Assembly (NCBI RefSeq): GCF_000737315.1
Contig: NZ_JMCB01000029.1
Span: 22,721-86,720, forward strand
Length of the DNA stretch: 64,000 bases
Source of the DNA: Hyalangium minutum
GTDB taxonomy: Bacteria; Myxococcota; Myxococcia; Myxococcales; Myxococcaceae
Direction of reading: 5' to 3'
Below are positions 20,087-28,442 of this stretch, one piece after another (position 1 is the first letter of the stretch; the number at the start of each line of letters is the position of its first letter). A model generated the notes under the pieces. The model had not been told where the DNA came from, ran no database searches, and saw only the letters and a list, made by a program, of their open reading frames with translations. The position numbers and the translations under genes were made by a program.

Positions 20087-20370
20087 ACGGTTCTCTCGTC
20101 TGAGCGCGCCGTCGGGGGCCCCTCCGGGGGGACTCGGGGCGCGCTGGGGCGCGGATTAAACCGCAGCCCCCTCGACTCGGCCATAAACGTCCGCACGCAT
20201 TCCCGGAGGGCACGCGAGCGGCCGGGCCCCCTCCCCTGCTTCCGCTGGCCGAGGTGCGTGCCCCGGCTCCCCCTTGCGGGCTCGGCTCGTCGGCTGCTCT
20301 CCTCTGGACGGGGACGCGGCGCGTGGTTATATGCCGCCCTGTTCGATGGGCTTAGGAGAGCGCATCGGGC

Positions 20371-20413
20371 CCGGACGAGAGGTGCGCCGTACCCGGTCAC
20401 GACAAGACGACGC
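20371..20413 (+). ncRNA. Guanidine-III (ykkC-III) riboswitch
   Basis: CCGGACGAGAGGTGCGCCGTACCCGGTCACGACAAGACGACGC closely follows the ykkC-III pattern as recalled (CCGGACGAGG.GCGCCGUACCCGGUC.G.ACAAGACGGCGC), lies 6 nt upstream of the AAGGAG RBS, and precedes a SugE/Gdx gene. Confidence 0.85.
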
Positions 20414-20432
20414 CTACTGAAGGAGTGCTGTC

Positions 20433-20759
20433 ATGTCGTGGGTTCTCCTGGTCGTCGCCGGGTTGCTGGAGGTCTGCTGGGCCATCGGCCTCAAGTACAC
20501 CGATGGTTTCTCCAAGCTCCTCCCCAGTCTCTTCACCGTCACCGCCCTCATCGCCAGCATCGGCTTGCTTGCGCTCGCAGCCCGAAGCCTGCCCATCGGC
20601 ACCGCCTACGCTGTATGGGTGGGAATCGGGGCCTTGGGCGCGGCCATTCTTGGCATCGTGCTCTTCCGCGAGCCGGTCACCGGGTCGCGCCTCTTCTTCC
20701 TCGCGCTGCTCTTCATCTCCATCGTTGGACTGAAGCTCACCAGCGGTGACGGACGCTGA
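20433..20759 (+). CDS. sugE: SMR-family guanidinium exporter (SugE/Gdx)
   Basis: MSWVLLVVAGLLEVCWAIGLKYTDGF...LPIGTAYAVW.GIGA, near-identical in pattern to SugE; four TM helices. Confidence 0.93.
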   Translation: MSWVLLVVAGLLEVCWAIGLKYTDGFSKLLPSLFTVTALIASIGLLALAARSLPIGTAYAVWVGIGALGAAILGIVLFREPVTGSRLFFLALLFISIVGLKLTSGDGR

Positions 20760-20906
20760 CGGCGTCGCGCATCCCAGCATCCGCCAGGCGCCGGACGTGT
20801 GTCTTCCCCTGACCGGGAACTGACACCTGGCTTATGCGATGCAGGCCTTGGAACAGGACCGCGACGATGGGGCGTTATCTCCTGTCCCGTCTTGCCGCGG
20901 TTGCGT

Positions 20907-21971
20907 TTAGAGGGGAACCGTGGTGCAGCAGCCTGACTTCGCGCAACGCAGGTAGCCCTGGGAGACACAGGCCGAGTCTTCAGTACATGAGGGTCCCTGG
21001 TTCGGGCTGCTGCACTTGCCGCCCGTCCCACTGGAACTGGAGCCGCCGGAGGAGCACTGGCCCGCAGCCTGGATCGTCACGTTCTGGCAATGATTAACGA
21101 AACAGCCGTTGTCGTAAGCGGACTGCGTCGTGTTGTTCGGGCAGGCGGTCCGGACTTGGGATGGGACCGAACCGAGGCCCGTGTTCTTCAGGCAGATGCC
21201 CACCTGCGTGAGGTTGCAGTTCGAGTCGCAACTGAGCACGACGGACTCGGGGGAGCCAAAGGCAGCCCGCAGCTCCGTGGCTGACACCGTGCCGCCCACG
21301 TTTTGCGCCAGCAGCGCCGGGGTCCCCTGGTCACCGGGCAGGGCCTTCAGCTCGGTGATGGCCGAGGAGAAGTAGGTGCCGGAGTCCAGGCCCGTGCAGC
21401 TCCCGTGCTTGGGCCACTCATGGTCCGCCAGGAAGTCGTTATCGGACACGTAGCCGGGACCATAGATTTTCATGGCCTCTGGAATGGTGGAGGGATCCGG
21501 GAAGCAGCCGGACGGAGGGTTCTTCGAGGTGCAGGAGCCGTAGGGGGCGCAGTACTGGGGCCAGGCGTATTGGGACCCTGCCTGCTGGGCTTCCGCATCC
21601 GTGTAGCTCGGCCAGAGGCCGTGGATCGTCAGATGGGTGGCTCCAAAACTGCCACTCAAACCCTGGCACTCCTCCTTGTCCGGGTGGCCACAGCAGAAGT
21701 TGGGAGCCCAGGAAAGTGCCAGCAGATAGAACCCAAAGGGGACCGCCGTGCCGGGGCCGCCGTTGGGGCTGCCCGCGGCGTTCGCCCCGTTGGGCGTGAT
21801 TCCGGACGCAAGGGGACGCAGGTTGAACTCCTCGGCCACCTTGTCAGGAGCCGCGCGGACGGACGAGGCGGCCGGATTCTTCGGCTGTGAGGCCTCGGAG
21901 GGCGCGGGCGTCGTACGGACGCAGGCGGACCACAGGCTGACCAGGACAAGACTTGGGACGATGCGCCGCAT
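20907..21971 (-). CDS. Ribonuclease T2 family lipoprotein with Cys-rich C-terminal extension
   Basis: Lipobox WSAC; FYLLALSWAPNFC, CAS I TIHGLWP, CAS II HEWPKHGSC. Confidence 0.9.
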   Translation of the reverse strand: MRRIVPSLVLVSLWSACVRTTPAPSEASQPKNPAASSVRAAPDKVAEEFNLRPLASGITPNGANAAGSPNGGPGTAVPFGFYLLALSWAPNFCCGHPDKEECQGLSGSFGATHLTIHGLWPSYTDAEAQQAGSQYAWPQYCAPYGSCTSKNPPSGCFPDPSTIPEAMKIYGPGYVSDNDFLADHEWPKHGSCTGLDSGTYFSSAITELKALPGDQGTPALLAQNVGGTVSATELRAAFGSPESVVLSCDSNCNLTQVGICLKNTGLGSVPSQVRTACPNNTTQSAYDNGCFVNHCQNVTIQAAGQCSSGGSSSSGTGGKCSSPNQGPSCTEDSACVSQGYLRCAKSGCCTTVPL

Positions 21972-22110
21972 GGGAGGCCCCCAGAGGTGAAAGCGCGGTC
22001 ACCGTGACGGGTCCGCGCGGAAGTGAGACTCTTGGCAAAACCAGGCCATACAGGCAATTGATTTGTTGAAAAAGCACCACTAATGTCCCGCCCTTTTCAT
22101 CGAGGACTTC

Positions 22111-25100
22111 ATGGCCAAGCAAGTGTCGTTTTTCCTCAATGGCAGGCCCGTCACCATCGAGGACCCGTCACCGGAGCTGCTGCTGATTGATTATCTGCGC
22201 TCTCCCGAGGTCGCGCTGGCGGGCCCGAAGAAGCCCTGCGGACAGGGCGGATGCGGTGGCTGTACCGTCATCCTCTCGAATTGGAACGAGAAGGAGCGCC
22301 ACGCCGAGCATCGCGCCATCAACTCCTGCCTGCGCCCGGTGCTGGCGCTGGAAGGCCTGGTGGTGACGACGGTGGAGGGCACGGGCGCCGCGCGGCGGCC
22401 GAACCCCAGGAACCTGTCCCACTCCGCCCTCTACTCCCGCGGGGGCGCGCTGCCAGAGCTGCAGACCCTACCCCAGCCGGCGGTGGTGGAAGCTCAGCAG
22501 GCGGCCAACAAAAAGCGCCTGGAGGTGATCGCCCGCGTCAACAAGGCCCAGCCCCAGACCCTGACCGCGGAGCTTCGGCAGGAGGTGCCGATCCACCCCA
22601 CGGAGTTCTCGCACGAGGGCATGAACCCGGTGGCCCACCGGCTGGCGATGAACAACGGCACGCAGTGCGGCTACTGCACCGTGGGCTTCGTGATGAACAT
22701 GTCGGAGTTCATCACCAACCACCCCAAGGCCACCAAGCGCGAGATCGAGGAGATCTTCGACGGCAATCTGTGCCGCTGCACGGGCTACCGCTCCATCCTC
22801 ACCGGGATGAAGACCTTCGCCTCCGACTGGACGAAGGAGGACGCAGAGAACCGGATGGAGTGCCTGCCGGATGACTACGCCGCGCACCAGGTCCCCGCCC
22901 CACGCGTCGTGATTCCGTTCCCGCCCGCGGCGCAGGTGGCTGCCAGCGGCGTGTCACTGGACGACGGCGCGCGCGTGTGGCGCACCCCCACCAGCCTGGT
23001 GGAGCTGGCCCGCCTCATGCGCCAGTTCCAGGGAAAGAAGGTGCGCCTGGTCCACTCCAACACCGCCTACGGCATCTACAAAGAAGAGTACCTGGAGGCG
23101 GATATCTACCTGGACATCCGGTCCATCCCGGAGCTGAACGCGGAGCCCAAGGAGACGGAGGGCGGGCTGCGCGTCGGGGCTGGAATGAACTACAGCGAGT
23201 TCATCCGGGTGCTGGAGCGCACGATGCTCTCCGTGGGCGAGGCCCAGGCCCGGAAGCACGAGGAGACGGACTACCCGGAGACGACGCGGCTGGGGGCCAC
23301 GCGCTTCATGGCGCGTCGGACCGCCGGGCGGATCGTCCGCAACGCGGCGTCGCTGGGCGGCAACACGATGCTGGTGCTCAAGCACATGGCCGAGGGCACC
23401 GGCGAGCCGTTCCCGTCGGATGTGTTCACGGTGCTGGCCGCCATCGACGCGCAGATCGAGTACCTGGACACGCAGGAAGGCGAGGCAGCCCAGCCGCGGC
23501 GCGCCACGGCCCTGGAGCTGGTGGAGCAGGTCATCGCCAACCCCAAGCTGGCGGACAGCATCGTGCTGCTGGCCTACCACGTGCCGTTCGGCAAGGAGAA
23601 CGAAGTCGTCCTGGCGCAGAAGGTGGCGCTGCGAGACGTGAATGCGCACAGCATCCTCAACGGGGCCAGCCGGCTGCAGCTGTCGAAGTCGCTGGAAGTA
23701 GAAGAGGCGGTGGTGGTGTTCGGAGGCATTGCTCCCTACCCGTGGCGCGCCCGGAAGACGGAGCAAGCGCTGAAGGGCAAGACACTGTCATTGGCGGCCG
23801 TCCCAGCGCTGGCCAAGAGCTTGGCCGACGAGGTGGGCGTGGAGCTGACGCGCTGGTCCCTGCGCATGCAGGGGCTGCCGTCGGAGGGCTTCACGAATGA
23901 GTACCGGATGCAGCTGGCCACGGCGTTCCTCTACAAGGCCGTGGTGAAGACGCTGCTGGAGCGGGGCGGCGAGGTCCCTCATGCGCTCCAATCGGCGGGG
24001 GAGATCAAATGGGGCAATTGGGGAGTCAGCGACGGCACGCAGGATTACAAGCCCCAGCCCTACAAGGCGCCCGTCGCGCAGCCCTACATCAAGGACACGG
24101 CGATGCAGCAGGCCTCCGGGCAGTTGCACTACACCCATGAGCTGCCGGTCCCTCCGAGGACCCTCAACGCCTCCTTCGTCCTGAGCCGGCGGGCTCTGGC
24201 CACCTTCCACTTCATCATCCCTGGCAGTGACGAGGCTGCCAGCGCGGGCGATCTGCGCAAGCACCTCTCGAGCCGCTACGGTGGCTTCGTCGATCTCATC
24301 ACCGCCGAGGTCTTCAAGGACGGTGGGATCAACAATCAGGGCATGGGGGCCGACCAGCCGCTCTTCGCCGCTGGCGAGGTGAATTATGTGGGCCAGTCCA
24401 TCGCGCTGGTGTTGGCGAGAACGGAGCAGGAGGCCGAGCGCATCGCCGGGTACGTCACCGAGCGCTGCATCGGCTACGCTCCGGTCAAGCCCGAGTCGAG
24501 GCTGCAGCTTCGCTCGCTGAAGCAGTCCCCGACTTGGTGGTCGGAGCCGGTGTTGACCCTCGATGATGCCATCCGCCTGGGGAGCGTCTACCCGGACTAC
24601 CCCACCCAGTCACCCTCCGTGTCACACATCTGGAAGGTGACGCGAAACGGGAGCCGGTTCGACTGGGTCACTCCCAAGGACACACCGGAGCAGCGGATCG
24701 ACCGGACGATCGTCAACCGGACAGGGACGCTGGACGGCATCTCCTGCCAGATCGTCGAGAGCACGCAGACGTGCGGGGGCCAGGCGCACTTCTACATGGA
24801 GACGCAGGCAGCGATCGCCGAGCCCCTGGACAACCATCGCATGCTCATCCGGCCCTCCTCGCAGAGCCCCAGTTCCATGCACCAGACCACTGCCATGGCG
24901 CTGGGCGCGAGCTACAACAGCATCGAAGTGCAGGTCCCTCCGGTGGGCGGTGGCTTCGGCGGCAAGACGGAGCAGGCCCGCTTCGTGGCGGGGGCGGCGG
25001 CCATCGCCGCGCAGGCCACCAAGCGGCCGGTGCGCCTGGTCCTGTCTCGCGAGCAGGATACGGCGATGATTGGCAAGCGCCACGCCTACTTCGCCCAGTA

Positions 25101-26733
25101 CCAGATCGCCATCGACCGGGGCGAGGTGAACCCGAAGGACAAGGGCCTCATCCGCGGGTTGCTCAACAAGATGTGGGGCGATGGCGGCGCTTTCTACGAC
25201 TGCTCCTTCGTCGTCTCCAACTGCATCCAGACGCGCTCGGATAACGCCTACCGGATCGCCAACTTCGAGTCGCAGATCGACGTGTGCCGGACGAACACTG
25301 CGCCGAGCACCGCGTTCCGATCATTCGGAGACGTGCAGGGCAAGCTGATGCTGGAGAACGCGGTGGACGACGCGGCCTTCTCCATCGGCATGCTGCCGGA
25401 GGACGTGCGCGAGAAGAACCTCTACGAGCGAGGGGATGTAACGCCGTTCGGGCAGCCGCTGTCGTACTGCTACATGCGCCAGGTCTGGGCGTACCTGAAG
25501 CAGAAGAGCCATTACGAGGCGAAGCGCCAGCAAGTGGACGCGTTCAACGCGGCCAACCGCTGGCGCAAGCAGGGGCTGGCGATGATGCCCGTGAAGTACG
25601 GCTCGGGCTACAACCTGGCGATGCTGGAGCAGGCAGCCGCGGTCGTCTCGGTGTACCACGGCGACGGCACCATCATCATCCACCAGGGCGGCGTAGAGAT
25701 GGGGCAAGGCCTGCTGACGCAGGTCCGTCAGATCGCCTCCTACGTGCTCAACGTGCCCATGGACAAGATCCAGGTCGAGGCGGCCAGGACGGCCGTCGTT
25801 CCCAATCCCACCGGCACCGGGGCGTCGACGGGAACGGCCTATAACGGCGAGGCGGTCAAGCGCACGTGCCAGGATCTGGCCTCGCGGCTGATGGCCTTCG
25901 GCTACGAGCTGCTGAAGGAGCAAGGCAACGATTGGTGCCACAGCCGGAACATCGACTTCTGGAACTACGGTGAGGCGGGCTGGAGCACCGAGGTGGACAA
26001 CAACGGGACCAAGAAGCTCATCTGGCAGAACCTGGTGGCCATGGCCTACCAGTACCGCGTGGGCCTGACGGCCACCTTCACCGCGCCCATCCCGGGAGGC
26101 GAGACGCCCATGCCGGCGCTCACCTACAAGCCGCTCGAGCTGCAGCCGGAGCTCCCCGGCTACAAGGCGAGCTCGACGGGCAAGCCCGGCGGATACGACT
26201 CGTTCCCGGGCTTTACCTACTCGGCCGCGTGCTCGGTGGTGGAGGTGGACATCCTGACGGGCGAGGTGAAGGTGTTGAGCGCGGACATCGTCTACGACAT
26301 GGGCTGGAGCCTGAACCCGGCCATTGACGTGGGCCAGGTGGAGGGCGCCTTCGTCCAGGGGCTCGGCTACGTGCTGTCCGAGAAGCTGGCCTTCGAGCCG
26401 AGTGGGCCGGAGGCCGGACGCCTCAACTCGGTGAACACCTGGCGCTACAAGCCACCGGCCGTGACCAGCATCCCGCTGGAGCTGAACGTGTCCCTGTTCC
26501 CGCGCGACTCAGTGGACGTGCCGGCGAGCCCCACCGAAGGCATCTTCTCCTCGAAGGAGATTGGCGAGCCGCCGCTGGTACTGGCCACCAGTGTGTTTCT
26601 GGCGGTGAAGGCGGCCATCCGCGCCTCGCGCCTGGAGCGCAAACTCGACGGCCTGTTCCGCTTCGACGCTCCGGCCACTGTGCAGGAGGTGCGCAGGGCC
26701 TGCGAGGTGAGTGAGAACGATCTCAAGGTGTAA
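22111..26733 (+). CDS. Single-chain xanthine oxidoreductase / aldehyde oxidase family molybdo-flavoprotein (2x[2Fe-2S]-FAD-Moco)
   Basis: CGQGGCGGC..NSCL and CGYC..GNLCRCTG (Fe-S); RNAASLGGN (FAD); GGQAHFYMET, GGGFGGK, TAFRSFG, GVEMGQGL, GQVEGAFVQG, SKEIGEPPL (Moco). Confidence 0.92.
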   Translation: MAKQVSFFLNGRPVTIEDPSPELLLIDYLRSPEVALAGPKKPCGQGGCGGCTVILSNWNEKERHAEHRAINSCLRPVLALEGLVVTTVEGTGAARRPNPRNLSHSALYSRGGALPELQTLPQPAVVEAQQAANKKRLEVIARVNKAQPQTLTAELRQEVPIHPTEFSHEGMNPVAHRLAMNNGTQCGYCTVGFVMNMSEFITNHPKATKREIEEIFDGNLCRCTGYRSILTGMKTFASDWTKEDAENRMECLPDDYAAHQVPAPRVVIPFPPAAQVAASGVSLDDGARVWRTPTSLVELARLMRQFQGKKVRLVHSNTAYGIYKEEYLEADIYLDIRSIPELNAEPKETEGGLRVGAGMNYSEFIRVLERTMLSVGEAQARKHEETDYPETTRLGATRFMARRTAGRIVRNAASLGGNTMLVLKHMAEGTGEPFPSDVFTVLAAIDAQIEYLDTQEGEAAQPRRATALELVEQVIANPKLADSIVLLAYHVPFGKENEVVLAQKVALRDVNAHSILNGASRLQLSKSLEVEEAVVVFGGIAPYPWRARKTEQALKGKTLSLAAVPALAKSLADEVGVELTRWSLRMQGLPSEGFTNEYRMQLATAFLYKAVVKTLLERGGEVPHALQSAGEIKWGNWGVSDGTQDYKPQPYKAPVAQPYIKDTAMQQASGQLHYTHELPVPPRTLNASFVLSRRALATFHFIIPGSDEAASAGDLRKHLSSRYGGFVDLITAEVFKDGGINNQGMGADQPLFAAGEVNYVGQSIALVLARTEQEAERIAGYVTERCIGYAPVKPESRLQLRSLKQSPTWWSEPVLTLDDAIRLGSVYPDYPTQSPSVSHIWKVTRNGSRFDWVTPKDTPEQRIDRTIVNRTGTLDGISCQIVESTQTCGGQAHFYMETQAAIAEPLDNHRMLIRPSSQSPSSMHQTTAMALGASYNSIEVQVPPVGGGFGGKTEQARFVAGAAAIAAQATKRPVRLVLSREQDTAMIGKRHAYFAQYQIAIDRGEVNPKDKGLIRGLLNKMWGDGGAFYDCSFVVSNCIQTRSDNAYRIANFESQIDVCRTNTAPSTAFRSFGDVQGKLMLENAVDDAAFSIGMLPEDVREKNLYERGDVTPFGQPLSYCYMRQVWAYLKQKSHYEAKRQQVDAFNAANRWRKQGLAMMPVKYGSGYNLAMLEQAAAVVSVYHGDGTIIIHQGGVEMGQGLLTQVRQIASYVLNVPMDKIQVEAARTAVVPNPTGTGASTGTAYNGEAVKRTCQDLASRLMAFGYELLKEQGNDWCHSRNIDFWNYGEAGWSTEVDNNGTKKLIWQNLVAMAYQYRVGLTATFTAPIPGGETPMPALTYKPLELQPELPGYKASSTGKPGGYDSFPGFTYSAACSVVEVDILTGEVKVLSADIVYDMGWSLNPAIDVGQVEGAFVQGLGYVLSEKLAFEPSGPEAGRLNSVNTWRYKPPAVTSIPLELNVSLFPRDSVDVPASPTEGIFSSKEIGEPPLVLATSVFLAVKAAIRASRLERKLDGLFRFDAPATVQEVRRACEVSENDLKV

Positions 26734-26767
26734 CGCAGCCATCCGCTACAACTCAGGAAGATACAAC

Positions 26768-28252
26768 ATGAACGCTAAAACCCTCACTGCCCGGCTTCGC
26801 CGGCGCAGCCTCTCGAAGTCTGTCTTGTTGGGCGCCTCGATGGCGCTGTCCGCGGTGTCCACTGGGGCCCTCGCCCAGACCACCGCGCCCGCTCCGGCGG
26901 CCGTGGCCAAGGATCCCGCCGAGGCTGCGGCCCTGCTGCGCAAGCCCGAGGGCTACAAGCTCCAGCAGAACCCCTTCCCGGACTTTGGCTACATGGTCAC
27001 CGTCGATGAGTACATGCAGAAGTACTCGGACCAGCCGCTCTTCCGGCTGAAGACGGACTTCCCCACCGCCAAGCCGAAGCAGCAGCCGGACTTCGTCCAG
27101 AAACTCGACTTCCGGAAGAACCCGCTGGACTACCTGCTCGCCGTGCGGGACTACGCCTTCGACGGCAACCTGCCGGATTGGGACCCCTTCAAGAACGCCA
27201 AGCGCAGCTGGTACCACATCCCTTGGCTCCACCCGTCCGCGCGGGGGCCGAATGCCTATCCTCCGAACGGCGGCACCGAGGGTTTCCACGGGCTGATCAA
27301 GGAGGCTCAGCTCAGCCCGCTGCAGCTCGGGCCGGGCCAGAAGGGGAAGGCGAAGGGCGGCTACTCCGTCTACGCCATCACCCTGGTCAATGACATGGCA
27401 GGGTACACGCTGGGGCAGATGTGGAAGGACCCCTCGAACCCGGACCCCAGGGCAACGGACGCACGCTACGGCGGCGGCTTCCCGCCGGGCACCGTGTTCG
27501 CCAAGCTGCTGTTCACCGACGCGCCCCAGGGGACTGACAAGCTCCCCTTCCTCGAGAACCCCCTGCAGTGGACGGCATACATCACCGAGAATTTCACCTC
27601 CAAGAAGCGTGTGGTGGGCAAGGTGAACCTGCTGCAGATGGACATCGCCGTGCGCGACGTGCGCGCCGAGGGGCCAGACGGGACGGGCTGGGTGTTTGGG
27701 ACGTTCGCGTACAACGGCCAGGTGAACAACCCCAACAAGTTCCTGAACCTCGTCCCGGTGGGGATCACATGGGGCAATGATCCCCAGAACACGGTGAACA
27801 CCACCAACCCGTTCCCGCCCACGGAGACAAAGGTCAACCCGGAGCTGAAGCAGACCATCATCTTCCCCTCCCCGCAGCTGCCGCCGCAGCACCTGGGGTG
27901 GAACGGGCGGCTGAACGGGCCCGCGGACCTGAACACCACCTCGTGCCTGAGCTGCCACATCGCGGCGCAGTACCCCGCGGTGACGGCGCTGGTGCCGCCG
28001 AGCGCGGCTCCGGCGGGCGGCAAGGAGCCGCCCAAGGACGGAGGCACGAAGGAGTGGATGCAGTGGTTCCAGAACGTGCCGGCGGCCACCTCCATGGATC
28101 CGCGCGTCTACTCGACGGACTTCTCGTTCCAGGTGGCCATCAGCCTGGAGAACTTCTACGAGGCGAAGAGGCGGCTGCAGGAGGGCTCTTACGCGAGCGA
28201 CTACCAGTTGGACCGCGTGCCGCTCGTCCGCGACGGCCTGCCCCGGCAGTAG
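26768..28252 (+). CDS. Exported monohaem c-type cytochrome-like protein of unknown function
   Basis: Signal peptide (..GALA-QT); one C-terminal-half CLSCH haem motif; PPGTVFAKLLF, MDIAVRD, GWVFGTF, resembling the cytochrome P460/c-prime-beta fold (inferred); AGGAAG RBS; starts 34 bp after the Mo enzyme. Confidence 0.7.
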   Translation: MNAKTLTARLRRRSLSKSVLLGASMALSAVSTGALAQTTAPAPAAVAKDPAEAAALLRKPEGYKLQQNPFPDFGYMVTVDEYMQKYSDQPLFRLKTDFPTAKPKQQPDFVQKLDFRKNPLDYLLAVRDYAFDGNLPDWDPFKNAKRSWYHIPWLHPSARGPNAYPPNGGTEGFHGLIKEAQLSPLQLGPGQKGKAKGGYSVYAITLVNDMAGYTLGQMWKDPSNPDPRATDARYGGGFPPGTVFAKLLFTDAPQGTDKLPFLENPLQWTAYITENFTSKKRVVGKVNLLQMDIAVRDVRAEGPDGTGWVFGTFAYNGQVNNPNKFLNLVPVGITWGNDPQNTVNTTNPFPPTETKVNPELKQTIIFPSPQLPPQHLGWNGRLNGPADLNTTSCLSCHIAAQYPAVTALVPPSAAPAGGKEPPKDGGTKEWMQWFQNVPAATSMDPRVYSTDFSFQVAISLENFYEAKRRLQEGSYASDYQLDRVPLVRDGLPRQ

Positions 28253-28264
28253 AAGCACCGCTAC

Positions 28265-28293
28265 GCGGGGGAGGCCGCAGCGGCTTCCCCCGC
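28265..28293. terminator. GC-rich hairpin, probable terminator or mRNA-stabilising stem
   Basis: 13-bp stem gcgggggaggccg / cggcttcccccgc (one G-U pair), 12 nt after the cytochrome stop; no U-tract. Confidence 0.55.
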
Positions 28294-28442
28294 ATGTGAG
28301 AGCGCAGGCGAAACGCTCCGAAGATTCAGCGGGCTCGCTGACTCGGTCGCACGGATTGACAAAGCAGCGCTCTGTGCGGCGCAGGCTGTCGCTTGCCTGC
28401 CCCTTGCACGCCTGCGCGCGCCCTCCAGCCCCAAGCGCGGAT

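Noticed and set aside
17042-20749. 1235-aa plus-strand ORF, and similar long ORFs at 2923-4701, 5770-7488, 28635-30857, 35249-37216 and 55363-57288
   Set aside because: They are antisense or off-frame shadows of genes with clear family motifs. Long stop-free shadow frames are expected in high-GC DNA, and the translations show no recognisable motifs.
16832-20759. Functional link between the spermidine-synthase-like fusion and the guanidine riboswitch/exporter
   Set aside because: Only adjacency supports it; the riboswitch lies on the sugE strand and such fusions are common in myxobacteria.
22030-22070. Sigma54-like promoters for the XOR-like or RNase T2 genes
   Set aside because: The candidates give GG-N10-GT or GG-N9-GC, not the required GG-N10-GC.
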